A stretch of DNA of 33,512 nucleotides. It comes from a virus (taxonomy: Duplodnaviria > Caudoviricetes). The stretch lies in IMG/VR virus record IMGVR_UViG_3300006169_000108, positions 1-33,512 of that record. One strand, given 5' to 3'. The translations under genes were made by a program, and so were the position numbers. Below the pieces are notes generated by a model that worked only from the letters and a program-made list of their open reading frames with translations, was not told where the DNA came from and searched no databases. This document shows, piece by piece, positions 23,012 to 32,223 of the stretch; the stretch's first letter is position 1; each line of letters begins with the position of its first letter.

Positions 23012-24499
23012 TTATGGATTCCACGACGTGCCGCCCTCGACATCGTCGAAGATGAACCGGTACTCCAGACCGGACTGCGACCGCGTCGACGGGTAACCAA
23101 CCCGGCGAAGAACTCCACGATCAACCGCCGTGGACAGCCGCCGCCTCACCCGCTCCACAGCCGCATCCGTCGGCTTACCGGTGCCATCACCCAAGGTCAT
23201 CGCAACGTCCCTGGCTGACCACTCACGACCCGGCGTGTTCCGCAGAACCACCACTGGATCGTCATCGGCGAACACCGTGGTCCGGCCACAGTCATGATCG
23301 TGGTGCAGCTTCAGCGGCCCCACCATCTCGTGCGGCTGCTTCAGGTGACGGAACTCCACGACGAGGTCTCCGGCCTCGCCCCACACCAGGAACACCGACC
23401 CCACCCCGGCGGTGAGCTCCATCCCCCCGTGCACATCAGCCAAGGTCTTGGGCGCGGACCCGGCGGCGCCCTTCTTCACCTGGTGGGCAACCTCCACCAC
23501 CTCGATACCGGCAGCCAAGGCACGCTGACGGGCCCGGTTGTACCAACCCGCCGTCTCCGAGTCGGTCAACCCGATCGCGGCGTCCTTCACCGAGTCCACC
23601 ACCAGCGTGTCCGCGCCGGCCTTCTCCGCCAGCACCCGCAACATCTCGGGCGCCTTCGCCACATCCGCGGGCGGCGGGCCCGGCCACACCACCAGCCGCT
23701 CGTCCAACAAGTCCTTGTCGCCGTCGTCGACCATGCGGCGCAGCGAGCGGGCGATCTGCCGTGGCCGGTCCATCGCCAAATACAGCACCCTCGAGCGGGT
23801 CGGCAGCACCGGGAACCCCAGGAAGTCATCAGCCAACCCGACCCGGGCCAACACCAACTGCTGGGTGACGGTCGTCTTCCCCACCCCGGGCGGGCCCACG
23901 ATCATGAGTGCTTCCCCGGCGGCCCACAGCACGCTGGTGTCTTTGCCCCACAGGGCGGGTTCCACCGGGGGCACGTCGAAAATGAACTGGCCACCCGACT
24001 GGTAGCGGGCGAACGGGTCCACCGCAGTCTGGTCGTCGTCTTCCGGGGTGATGATGGTGCCCGGGGCTGCGTCGGCGTCGTTGACGTGCAACGTGAACGC
24101 CGGCCCCACCTCCGGGTTCAGCTGTACTTGCCTGGGACTGACACCGCCGTCCCGCAACGCCCGCGGCACCGTCTGCGCGATCTCGGTCGGGTTCCGGCCG
24201 CACAGCTCGGCAGCGGTCCGCAGCTGCTCCCACGCCGTTTCGGCGCCCACGTGCCCGGCCGCGACCAGCTGCCCGATCTTGTAGGCGGCCCGGTTCAACG
24301 TGTCGTTGCGGGTGCCTTCCGCCGCGCGGGCCACCTCGGCGCACTCGGCCTCGAGCGCGGCCTGCCCGTAACGCGCGGCGGCCGGGTCCCCGGGCGCGGC
24401 GGTCGGTCCGGTGGGCAGGGTGGTGACCGGGCGGGGTGGTTCGTCGTCGATGAACCCGGCCTGGCGCAGTTGGCGCAGGAACGGGTGGTCGGCGCTCAC
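23012..24499 (-). CDS. AAA (RepA/DnaB-like) replicative helicase with N-terminal primase C-terminal-like domain
   Basis: EGTRNDTLN; Walker A GPPGVGKT; VLYLAMD; Walker B LVVDS. Confidence 0.85.
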   Translation of the reverse strand: MSADHPFLRQLRQAGFIDDEPPRPVTTLPTGPTAAPGDPAAARYGQAALEAECAEVARAAEGTRNDTLNRAAYKIGQLVAAGHVGAETAWEQLRTAAELCGRNPTEIAQTVPRALRDGGVSPRQVQLNPEVGPAFTLHVNDADAAPGTIITPEDDDQTAVDPFARYQSGGQFIFDVPPVEPALWGKDTSVLWAAGEALMIVGPPGVGKTTVTQQLVLARVGLADDFLGFPVLPTRSRVLYLAMDRPRQIARSLRRMVDDGDKDLLDERLVVWPGPPPADVAKAPEMLRVLAEKAGADTLVVDSVKDAAIGLTDSETAGWYNRARQRALAAGIEVVEVAHQVKKGAAGSAPKTLADVHGGMELTAGVGSVFLVWGEAGDLVVEFRHLKQPHEMVGPLKLHHDHDCGRTTVFADDDPVVVLRNTPGREWSARDVAMTLGDGTGKPTDAAVERVRRRLSTAVDRGVLRRVGYPSTRSQSGLEYRFIFDDVEGGTSWNP

Positions 24500-25191
24500 G
24501 CCGCCCTGCTCACCGCCGACGGGGCCTGCCCGGCGGGCTGGCCGGTGAGCGCGGGTGAGGGGCGCACCGACCACCCGTAGGAACCCTCCGGGCGGCGTGA
24601 CGGGGGGGCGACGATGTAGCCGCCCCGGCCGCGGTAGTCGAGGCCGGGGCGGAACCCGGCCATGTTGCCGCCGCCGGTGGCGGCGACCAGCACGTGCTGC
24701 CCGTGGGGGGTGACCGCGAGCCCGTGGATGTCGCCGAGGCCGCCGGAGTCACGCAGATCCACCCAGGACCAGATGCCGCCGGGGGTGTCCATGTCGACGT
24801 CGATGACGTCGAACGCGTGCCCGGTGGGCAACCCGATGTTGGCGTCCGGCTGGTTACGCCACCACGCTTCGATGGTTGCCCGGTCGGTCGAAGCGTCTTT
24901 GAACCCGTGGGCGGTGGCGGGAGTCTTCCCGCCGGGCTTGAGGGGGAACACGGGCCAACCCCACGCGGCGTAGGCCAGGGCGGCGGCGCGCAGGTTGACC
25001 GGGCGACGGTCGTGGTTCTCGAGGGCCTGCGCGAGCCGGTCGATGCGCTGCTGATCCTCGCCTTCGCAGGCGTCGAGGAACCGTGCGGTGAGCTCGTCGA
25101 GGCTGGTTTCGCATCCGGGGTGCGCGGTCTGTCCGTGGTCGACGACGGTCAACCAGGTCCCGCACGTGATGCACGTCGAAAAGGTGGTCAT
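24496..25191 (-). CDS. Bifunctional DNA primase/polymerase (Prim-Pol domain)
   Basis: ALAYAAWGWPVFPL, HGFKDAS, ANIGLPTG, VIDVD, TPHGQH, GLDYRGRGGYIVAPPS. Confidence 0.9.
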   Translation of the reverse strand: MTTFSTCITCGTWLTVVDHGQTAHPGCETSLDELTARFLDACEGEDQQRIDRLAQALENHDRRPVNLRAAALAYAAWGWPVFPLKPGGKTPATAHGFKDASTDRATIEAWWRNQPDANIGLPTGHAFDVIDVDMDTPGGIWSWVDLRDSGGLGDIHGLAVTPHGQHVLVAATGGGNMAGFRPGLDYRGRGGYIVAPPSRRPEGSYGWSVRPSPALTGQPAGQAPSAVSRAA

Positions 25192-25304
25192 GGCGCCTTC
25201 TTGGCTGGGTAGCGGAGTGGGGAGCTGCACTACGAGGGGTGGAGGGTGCTGCCGGGCCCGGGGCGCCCCCGATGCGTCCCGGGCCCGGCAGCGGTCAGTG
25301 CGCC

Positions 25305-25694
25305 CTAGAAGGGCACGTCCGTGTCGCGCTTGCCGTCCAGGTACGACCTGGCGGCGACCTTGTCGTCGTCGGTCGGGTCGGCCATCTGCCACGGCGCGGA
25401 CTGGCCGGGCTTCTTCACGCCCTGACCGAGCCGGCCCAGGTTCATCCGCCCGGTGCCGGCGTTCTTACGGACCTGCGACTGCAGCACACGGGGGAAGATC
25501 AGCGTGTCGGTGATCTCCTCCGGGGCGCCCGGCCCGTCGAGGACGACGATGTCGGCGCGGATCGCGCTGGTGGCGCCGTAGGAGGTGGTGATCTCGTCGA
25601 CCACCTCGGTCGGCTTCACCAGCAGCAGACGCCCGTTGAGCTCGTCCCACTTGAGGCCGGACGACGACGACGGGGCGTCGAAAAGGTCAGTCAT
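25305..25694 (-). CDS. Probable single-stranded DNA-binding protein
   Basis: Beta-rich ~129 aa with acidic DTDVPF C-terminus; lies between exonuclease and primase. Confidence 0.55.
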   Translation of the reverse strand: MTDLFDAPSSSSGLKWDELNGRLLLVKPTEVVDEITTSYGATSAIRADIVVLDGPGAPEEITDTLIFPRVLQSQVRKNAGTGRMNLGRLGQGVKKPGQSAPWQMADPTDDDKVAARSYLDGKRDTDVPF

Positions 25695-26050
25695 GACCTG
25701 TTCTCCTTCTTGTTCTCGTGCTTGTTCTCGGTGGTTGCGCACACGTGCTCTGCGCGGACCCGTCGCCACGAGCGGCGGCGGGAGAAGGTGGGGACCCACC
25801 CGGCGCGGTCGCCGTGGAAGGTCCAGCAGCGGTCGATCAGGCGACCGCCAGCCCGGTGGTGTGCGAGCAGGTCAGCGGTGATGGGCACGTCGTGCTGCTC
25901 GAGCAGTACGGCGCCGTCACCGCGGAGCTCGGTGCGGAAAGACAGGACGTCGGCGCCGCAGTCGGGGCAGGTGTCGTCGACAGCGGGGCTGGTCTGCTCG
26001 AGCCACGTGCCGCGTTTCGCGTCGATCGCGGCCCGCTGCGCCGGCTTCAC
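25691..26050 (-). CDS. Hypothetical zinc-binding protein
   Basis: CPDC...EHVC; coupled overlaps. Confidence 0.6.
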   Translation of the reverse strand: MKPAQRAAIDAKRGTWLEQTSPAVDDTCPDCGADVLSFRTELRGDGAVLLEQHDVPITADLLAHHRAGGRLIDRCWTFHGDRAGWVPTFSRRRSWRRVRAEHVCATTENKHENKKENRS

Positions 26051-27069
26051 GTCAGCTCCGCCTTGCGGTCCCGGCACGCCACCAGCAGCTCATCGGTCCA
26101 CACCCCGTCCCGACGAGCCTCGAAAAACAGGGCCTCGAGCTCGGTGACCGTCGCGGCGGCGCGGGCCCGGTCGACGAGGCTGGGGGCCGGGTCGAAATCG
26201 GTGCCGTCCACACCGGTCTCGACGGTGCGCAGCTGCCCGAACAGGTCGCTGCGCTTACGCCACCGCCGCACCTCACACGCCAGCTGGGCGGCCTCCCAGC
26301 CCGCCGCCACGTCGACCGGGACCAGTCGGGCGGTGCCCTTGCCGGCGGGCAGGTGCACCACCACCCCCCAGCGCTGCGACACGGCCGGTAGCGGGGTGCG
26401 GGCGCCGGTGGCGACGTCGTAGGCCTCGCTGTGGGCGTAGATGCCGAGCTGGGCGGCGATCTTGAGTTGGCCGTAGTCGATCTGCCCCGACTTGGTGTCG
26501 ACGATGACGTGCTCACCAGCGCGGATGGTGTCGACGTGCACGTCGCCGACCACCACCTCCAGGTCGGTCAACAGCTTCGACACCCGGTCGGGGGTGCCGC
26601 CGATCTCGAGCTCGTCGCACACGCAGAACTGTTCGATCACCACCGGCTCCAGCACGCCCGCTGTGGCGTCCCGGTAGGCGTCCAAGTCGGCCTGATACGC
26701 GGCCGGGACCGAACGCAGCTCGAGGCCGCGGTCCATCTGCTCGGTGAGGGCGTGCAGCGCGGTGCCGGTGGTGGCCGCCGCCCCCGCCTTCGCCGCATCC
26801 AAGGCTTGGGTGGCGATGTCGTTGAGCTGGTCGCGGTCGTCGCGGTGCGCGGCCACGGCGAGCACCAGGTCGGGCCGGTCGGTGAGCCCGATGGCGACCA
26901 TGCGCTGCTGCCAGCGCGACAGGTTGAACGTGTCATCCAAGCTGCCGGCGACCGTGGTGGCGCGGGTGTAGGGAACGGGTTTCTTGCCGCCGCGGGGGAC
27001 GACCAGCGGGCGGCCGTAGCGGTCGCGTTTGATGCCGTTGTCGGGGACGTCGATGGCGTCGGTGCTCAT
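26047..27069 (-). CDS. PD-(D/E)XK (RecB/Cas4-like) exonuclease
   Basis: GTALHALTE, IEQF, GGTPDR, IVDTKSG, QLGIYA. Confidence 0.82.
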   Translation of the reverse strand: MSTDAIDVPDNGIKRDRYGRPLVVPRGGKKPVPYTRATTVAGSLDDTFNLSRWQQRMVAIGLTDRPDLVLAVAAHRDDRDQLNDIATQALDAAKAGAAATTGTALHALTEQMDRGLELRSVPAAYQADLDAYRDATAGVLEPVVIEQFCVCDELEIGGTPDRVSKLLTDLEVVVGDVHVDTIRAGEHVIVDTKSGQIDYGQLKIAAQLGIYAHSEAYDVATGARTPLPAVSQRWGVVVHLPAGKGTARLVPVDVAAGWEAAQLACEVRRWRKRSDLFGQLRTVETGVDGTDFDPAPSLVDRARAAATVTELEALFFEARRDGVWTDELLVACRDRKAELT

Positions 27070-27079
27070 GCTGCGCCCC

Positions 27080-27916
27080 TCAGACCGGCTTGGGGATCGT
27101 GAACGACCCGTCGTCTCGCGGCGTGACCTTGACCATCGAGCGGGTTTCGCCGCGCCGGTACGCGTTCCACGCCAGGTAGATCAGGGACAGCACGTAGGTG
27201 CGGTTCACCCAGTTCGCGGCCTTGCGGTCCATCGCGACCAGCCGCTTGTGCAGCGCCAGAATTGGCGATCCAGGGGGCAGGTTCTCCAGCGTCCCGAGCT
27301 TGGCAAAGAACGTGGCGCAGTCGTCGGGGTCGATCTCGTGCAGAACCCGGTAGGCGTAGCCGAACAGGGTTTTCGACGCCAGCCTGTGCGGCAAGCCGGA
27401 CACGACGTTGGTCACGACCCAGCGCAGCGTGTCGTCGTTCTCGATGATCCTGCGCTTCTCGATGTCGGAAGCCTTGTATCCCTTCCCGTACTGCACCTGC
27501 AGCGAGAACGTGGCGATGGCCGCGAGGGTGGTCCCGTTGGGGTAGCCGTCGAGGGTCAGTGCGTCGCCGAGGTTGCGCTTGATGCCGGTGTCGATGGTGT
27601 TCTGGGCTTCGTCGGGCAGGTTGGTGACCACGACGAGCGGGAGGGTGACGCCGGCCTCGATGATGGCGTGCAGGCGGTGCTGCCCGTTGAGCAGGACACC
27701 GCTGGCCGAGATCTGGATGGCTTCGCCGTTGAGGGTCCAGTTCCCGGCGGCCATGTCGCGGGCGTAGCTGGAGACGGTGGCCTTACGAACCTTGCGGTTG
27801 TGGCTGTTGGCCCCGAGCCAGGTGGCGGCCATTTCGGGGGTGACGGTGCGCAGGCTGGCGGTAGGCCCGCCCGCTTTCGCGCTGCTGGGTGTGACGGGTT
27901 GAGCGGTCATGGTCAT
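27080..27916 (-). CDS. ParB-like N-terminal domain protein
   Basis: VTPEMAATWL..NSHNR, YARDM..GNW, LLNGQHRLHA. Confidence 0.7.
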   Translation of the reverse strand: MTMTAQPVTPSSAKAGGPTASLRTVTPEMAATWLGANSHNRKVRKATVSSYARDMAAGNWTLNGEAIQISASGVLLNGQHRLHAIIEAGVTLPLVVVTNLPDEAQNTIDTGIKRNLGDALTLDGYPNGTTLAAIATFSLQVQYGKGYKASDIEKRRIIENDDTLRWVVTNVVSGLPHRLASKTLFGYAYRVLHEIDPDDCATFFAKLGTLENLPPGSPILALHKRLVAMDRKAANWVNRTYVLSLIYLAWNAYRRGETRSMVKVTPRDDGSFTIPKPV

Positions 27917-27936
27917 CGGTATTCCTTCGGGGGAGG

Positions 27937-28194
27937 TCAAGCAGCGGGGTGGGCGGGGTCGTCGTCGAAGTCGTCGAACTGGCCCCAGAACTCGTCCGGG
28001 TGCAGATGTGTCAGGTGGAAAGCCCCGCAGCGCGGGTGGCGACAGCGGTAGGCGAAAAGCCGGGTCACCGGCTGCCCCTGCGCCCGCTTCGCGGCGTTGA
28101 TCCGCTCGATCGCGGTGCGCGCGGCGTGGCGGTTGCGGTAGGCCGTCTTGGCCCGTTCGCCCGGGCAGCGCCCGACCACCGGCCGGCGGCTCAC
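27937..28194 (-). CDS. Small zinc-binding protein
   Basis: C...KTAY...AYRCRHPRCGAFHLT. Confidence 0.7.
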   Translation of the reverse strand: MSRRPVVGRCPGERAKTAYRNRHAARTAIERINAAKRAQGQPVTRLFAYRCRHPRCGAFHLTHLHPDEFWGQFDDFDDDPAHPAA

Positions 28195-28490
28195 CGCCCC
28201 TCCCCCAGCGCCCGCAGCGTCGCGATCCGCGGGTTCGCCGACGACGGGGTGCGGGCGTAACCGACCCACGCGGCGCGCTCGTTGCGCTCGAGGTGGCGGC
28301 GACGGTCGGCCGGGTAGTCGGCCGGGTCGCCGAGGCGGGCGACGAGTTCGTTGACCTGCAGGTGGATCAGGGCGCCGAGCAGGACGTGGGCGGCGTCGCG
28401 GAGCTCGCCGAGTGTCCAGCCGTCGAAGGTGGCGGCCGGCAGGTCGGGAACCACCTGCAGGTTGTGGTGGTCTCTGCCGATCAGCGGCAT
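28191..28490 (-). CDS. Hypothetical protein
   Basis: GGAGG RBS; coupled. Confidence 0.6.
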   Translation of the reverse strand: MPLIGRDHHNLQVVPDLPAATFDGWTLGELRDAAHVLLGALIHLQVNELVARLGDPADYPADRRRHLERNERAAWVGYARTPSSANPRIATLRALGEGR

Positions 28491-28693
28491 CACGTGCCTC
28501 CGGGTGTGGGCGCCCACTGGTGGTGCAGCAGGGCGTGGGCGAGCAGTTCGGTTTCGGGGGTGTGGGGGGCGTCGCGTAGGGCGGCGGCGACGTGCCCGAG
28601 GGGGCGGGCGGCGGGGTGGCCGAGGCTCTCGGCGGTGGCCTGCAGGTCGGCGAGCAGCAGGGGGGCACGGGCGACGGCGGGTAGCTGGTTCAT
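28490..28693 (-). CDS. Hypothetical protein
   Basis: Coupled ORF. Confidence 0.55.
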   Translation of the reverse strand: MNQLPAVARAPLLLADLQATAESLGHPAARPLGHVAAALRDAPHTPETELLAHALLHHQWAPTPGGT

Positions 28694-28700
28694 GCGCTGC

Positions 28701-28826
28701 TCATCGCCGCAGGCCCCCGATCCCGCCAGCGGCGAGCAGGGCCAGGGAGCAGCCCAGCAGGATCAGCCAGTCACCCACGCCGAGGGGCTCACCGGTGCAC
28801 GTCACGCAGGTCATCGCCGCGCTCAC
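28701..28826 (-). CDS. Small membrane protein (41 aa), absent from the ORF track
   Basis: GAGGA RBS, GTGA overlap; WLILLGCSLALLAAGGIGGLRR. Confidence 0.5.
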   Translation of the reverse strand: MSAAMTCVTCTGEPLGVGDWLILLGCSLALLAAGGIGGLRR

Positions 28827-29098
28827 CGCTGGCCGTCCTCGGTGTGGTCGCCGCCGTGGGCGAGGACGGCGAATGGGACCCCGTCAGCGATCAGTTCGCC
28901 GAGGTCGCGAACGAGGTACGGCATCCGTCCGTCGGTGAGGGGCTGGCGCTTCGTCCACGTTGCGCCCTGCCGGGTGGTGACGCGGATGTCGGCCCATGAG
29001 CCGTCCCGGGCCACGCGCCGGACCTGCACGCGCGCCGCCTCGGCGTCGGTGATGAACACGTCCCCGCACTTCGGGGCGGGGTAGCTGGCCGGGATCAC
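28823..29098 (-). CDS. Hypothetical protein
   Basis: GGAGG RBS; VARDGSWADIRV. Confidence 0.65.
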   Translation of the reverse strand: MIPASYPAPKCGDVFITDAEAARVQVRRVARDGSWADIRVTTRQGATWTKRQPLTDGRMPYLVRDLGELIADGVPFAVLAHGGDHTEDGQR

Positions 29099-29566
29099 GA
29101 CTGCCCCTCCTGGTCGCCGTCGGCGAGGGCGCCTGCCAGGTCCGCCTTGCGCGGGTCAATCCCGAGCCTGCGGCGCTGCGTCTCCACCCCGTGATAAGTA
29201 CGTCCCGTCATCTGCGCTGCCTGCTCAGCGGTCAGGTCGGCGCGTGCGACGATCTCCAGCTCGGGCCCGGTCCACGGCATCCCACGGCGCCCGGCTGTCG
29301 GCATCGTGGCGTTCTGCGCCCGGTCCTTGTCGCGGCGCTTGATCTGGGCGTGCCGCTCACGGAACCGGGGGTCGATACCGAGCCGGCGTGCCGTCGTTGC
29401 CCACCTCTTGTCGCCGGGCTGACGTCGACGAATCGCGAGCCCCAGGTCGTCGATGATCGCGAGCACGGACGACGCCACCTGCTCGCCGTGCCGAGCTGCG
29501 ATCGCGGCGTGTGCCCGCTCCGAGGCGATCACGACTGCCCCTCCTGGTCGCCATCGGCGAGGGCGC
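29093..29566. repeat. 40-bp direct repeats (1 mismatch) bracketing one gene
   Basis: GATCACGACTGCCCCTCCTGGTCGCCRTCGGCGAGGGCGC at 29093-29132 and 29527-29566. Confidence 0.9.
29095..29532 (-). CDS. Myb/HTH-like DNA-binding protein
   Basis: PWTGPELEIV...TAEQAAQMTGRTYHGVETQRRRL. Confidence 0.65.
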   Translation of the reverse strand: MIASERAHAAIAARHGEQVASSVLAIIDDLGLAIRRRQPGDKRWATTARRLGIDPRFRERHAQIKRRDKDRAQNATMPTAGRRGMPWTGPELEIVARADLTAEQAAQMTGRTYHGVETQRRRLGIDPRKADLAGALADGDQEGQS

Positions 29567-30302
29567 GGAGACGAGCAGCCAACGTCGCCAGGTGGTCGCG
29601 GCCGTAGTCGAGCTGTGCGGCGTCGTGAGTAGTCGCCCCGTCGACGTTCGCGAGGCTCGACGCGATGAGGTCGGCGAGGTCGGCCAGCTCCCGCTCTCGG
29701 CCCTGCCCAGGCGCGGCGGCGGGCTGCCCGTGCTCGCCCGACAACCACCCCTCCATCAGCCGGAACCCGGCCGAAGCGAGGTCATCGAGGGCGTCGGAGG
29801 CGATCTGCTCGGGATCGGCGTCCGGCACGTTCGGGTCGACGTTGGGGCGGACAACCCACGCGATCGTCTCGATGGCACGCCCGCGGTTGCCCGGGATCAC
29901 CTCGGCCGGGTGCGCGGCGGCGCGGAGGTAGTCGTAGTGCACGGCCATGTTCGCGGCGTGGGCACCGATCGCCTGTGCCGTCTCAACCGGGTCGGCACCC
30001 TGACGCAGCTCCCAGCACAGGGCCGAGATCGCGTCACCGCGGTGACGGACCTCGGCGCAGGGGTCGCCCGCCTCGGCGGGGCTCGTGTCCCCGGCCTGGT
30101 GCGCGGCGGCGTTGGGCCGCTTCTCCGCTCGGCTGGCGACGACGGGACGGGTGACTACTGGTCGTGCGCCACGAGGGAGCTTGCTCGCACGGTCGCGCGC
30201 TCGCTGGACTTCATCCTTGATCCACTTGTCGTCCGCCGCCTCGGCGACGCTCATGTCGCCGGGCAGGTGCCCCGCGACGTCGTACGGGTGGTGGCTCATC
30301 AC
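29529..30302 (-). CDS. Hypothetical protein
   Basis: 257 aa coupled ORF. Confidence 0.6.
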   Translation of the reverse strand: MMSHHPYDVAGHLPGDMSVAEAADDKWIKDEVQRARDRASKLPRGARPVVTRPVVASRAEKRPNAAAHQAGDTSPAEAGDPCAEVRHRGDAISALCWELRQGADPVETAQAIGAHAANMAVHYDYLRAAAHPAEVIPGNRGRAIETIAWVVRPNVDPNVPDADPEQIASDALDDLASAGFRLMEGWLSGEHGQPAAAPGQGRERELADLADLIASSLANVDGATTHDAAQLDYGRDHLATLAARLRALADGDQEGQS

Positions 30303-30487
30303 GCGACCCCTTCACGGAGGTAGTGGCGCTGCAGGTGCAGCGCTTGGGTCCAGAAGGCGACGTCGCCGGCGTCCCCGCGGGCCTCGGCGTCGTCGATCAA
30401 GTTGGCGAGCTCGGCGGGCTCGAGGGTGTGGGCGGCCTGGTCGACCTGGTCGGCGTGCTCGGCGTCGAACACCTCGAGGGCGTTCAC
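30299..30487 (-). CDS. Small hypothetical protein
   Basis: GTGA overlap. Confidence 0.6.
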   Translation of the reverse strand: MNALEVFDAEHADQVDQAAHTLEPAELANLIDDAEARGDAGDVAFWTQALHLQRHYLREGVA

Positions 30488-30900
30488 GCGGCACCGCCCT
30501 GGATGGCCTGGGCGCGGCGCCACACGGCGAGCTCGCCCGCGTCGACGGTGTGCGGGAAGCGGGCGGCCCAGTCGAGCTGGTGGGTGACCTGGTCGCGGGT
30601 TTTGGCGGTGGCCAGGTCGATGGCGCGGGCCTCGTCGAAGCGCTCCAGCTCACCGGTGCAGGTGGTGGGGGTTTCGATGTGGGCGAGCAGGGCGCGGCAG
30701 CCGGCGATGTGGGCGCGCAGCTGGTCGGGGGTCATCGGGTCGGGGGCGTCGATGGTGAACAGGTCCATCGTGTCGACGGTGTCGCCGTGGTAGTGGCCGA
30801 TGGCGGTGGCGCCGGTGTCGACGAGCCAGTCGCCGTCGCGGTCGCGCCCGATGTGGGTTTCGTGCACGCGTGTCTGCGCGGGTCCTGCGAGGGTGTGCAT
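30484..30900 (-). CDS. Hypothetical protein
   Basis: GGAAGG RBS. Confidence 0.65.
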   Translation of the reverse strand: MHTLAGPAQTRVHETHIGRDRDGDWLVDTGATAIGHYHGDTVDTMDLFTIDAPDPMTPDQLRAHIAGCRALLAHIETPTTCTGELERFDEARAIDLATAKTRDQVTHQLDWAARFPHTVDAGELAVWRRAQAIQGGAA

Positions 30901-30993
30901 CGCTGTGCCTTCCACGTGGAGGTGCAGTGGTGGAGCCGGTCGGGGCGGTTGCTGTAGGAGGCGGGCCGCCCCGACCGGTGTCTTGTCGAGGTG

Positions 30994-31245
30994 TCAGACC
31001 GTGGGGTGCTCGTACCGCTCCCAGGCCTGAGCGAGGTCGTCGATGTAGTTGACGGCGAAGGTCTCGCCGCCGCGGGCGGCGAGAACGCCGAGGTACTTGG
31101 CGAGCAGCTGGGGACCGGCAGCGCGGAGAACGTCGGAGGCTGCGTCGAACGCTTCGTTCTGTGTGAGGCCGTAGGCCTCGAGCACGAGGCGCCCGGCGTC
31201 CGCGGCCTCGTCGGTGATGTAGTCGTCGATCTCAACGCTGCCCAT
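30994..31245 (-). CDS. Small hypothetical protein
   Basis: GAGGAG RBS; downstream of motif copy 4. Confidence 0.7.
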   Translation of the reverse strand: MGSVEIDDYITDEAADAGRLVLEAYGLTQNEAFDAASDVLRAAGPQLLAKYLGVLAARGGETFAVNYIDDLAQAWERYEHPTV

Positions 31246-31282
31246 GTGGTTCTCCTCGGGGTGTCTCAGTGCCTGTAGCTAT

Positions 31283-31294
31283 ACTCTAGCGCAT
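31283..31294 (-). promoter_or_regulatory. ATGCGCTAGAGT motif, copy 4
   Basis: Intergenic, oriented towards the gene starting at 31245. Confidence 0.65.
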
Positions 31295-31304
31295 CGCTGG
31301 TTAC

Positions 31305-31601
31305 TTAGCAACCCTCCCACGACCCGGCCTCCAACGAGGACGTGCCCGGCCACGACAACCGCCACCACGCCTCCAACCGCTCGATCTCCGGGCGGGCCTT
31401 ACGCCGCATCAACCGCCACCGGTGCTCCAACAGCAGCTCGACACGCCCCCGGAGGACGTCCCGACGGGCCGCCGACATGCCGCCCGGGAACCAACCCCGC
31501 CGCGACGGGTGATCCACCGCCCGCAGCTCGGACACCGTCGCCGCCAACAGCTCATCGGTCGCCTCGATCGTCATCGGCAACGCCGGAATCGACCCAGCCA
31601 T
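31305..31601 (-). CDS. Hypothetical protein
   Basis: TGATG overlap. Confidence 0.55.
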   Translation of the reverse strand: MAGSIPALPMTIEATDELLAATVSELRAVDHPSRRGWFPGGMSAARRDVLRGRVELLLEHRWRLMRRKARPEIERLEAWWRLSWPGTSSLEAGSWEGC

Positions 31602-31921
31602 CACAACCCCCCGACCAGTAACCCGATGGCCAGCCACCACAGCCCGGCGCACGCCACCACCACCACGAACACGGCCACCGCCACATCGGTCAGCGCCCGC
31701 GACCACGGATCCCGGTACACGCGGCACGAGCAGCCGGCGCAACGCACCCGCCACCCCCCGAACCCCACCTGGTGATGCGCCCGCTCCGGATGGCTGCAGC
31801 GCTGCCCGTCCACACGGGTGCGGCAGCCACCAGCCACCCGCTCCGGCGGCGGGAGCGGCAACGGGCGCGGAGCAGGGGCGCGGCGAGCCGGAACCACCGG
31901 CAACGGACGGGTCGCGGTCAC
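31601..31921 (-). CDS. Cys-rich membrane protein
   Basis: C...CSH...H...CAGCSC and C-terminal TM helix. Confidence 0.6.
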   Translation of the reverse strand: MTATRPLPVVPARRAPAPRPLPLPPPERVAGGCRTRVDGQRCSHPERAHHQVGFGGWRVRCAGCSCRVYRDPWSRALTDVAVAVFVVVVACAGLWWLAIGLLVGGL

Positions 31922-32223
31922 GACTTGCCGTCCGTGGTGTCGCGCTGGCTCCACAGGTCGGCGTGCTCACCGCAGAGCGCCAACCGACGTCCGTTCTGGA
32001 TGGTGCGACGCCACTTCGCGCGCCGCCGCGGACCGGAGTTGCCGGCGGTCTCGTGCTGGCGGGCGAAACACTCGTCGCAGTCGGGCAGCGTCTTGTTCTT
32101 GATCTGCGTCCACGAGATCTTCCGACCGGCAGCGGCCCGGTCACCGGCGGTCGCATACATCCGCGAGAGCTCGAGTGGCGGGTACTGCGGCATGTCGAAC
32201 ATGGCCGCCGTCTTCGCGTTCAC
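31918..32223 (-). CDS. Zinc-binding hypothetical protein
   Basis: CDEC...LCGEH. Confidence 0.6.
   Translation of the reverse strand: MNAKTAAMFDMPQYPPLELSRMYATAGDRAAAGRKISWTQIKNKTLPDCDECFARQHETAGNSGPRRRAKWRRTIQNGRRLALCGEHADLWSQRDTTDGKS

Noticed and set aside
23294-24580. 428-aa plus-strand ORF opposite the helicase
   Set aside because: Antisense shadow with no recognisable motifs.
26047-27069. Cas4-like nuclease as evidence of a CRISPR-Cas system
   Set aside because: No other cas genes or array; such exonucleases are routine in actinophage recombination modules.
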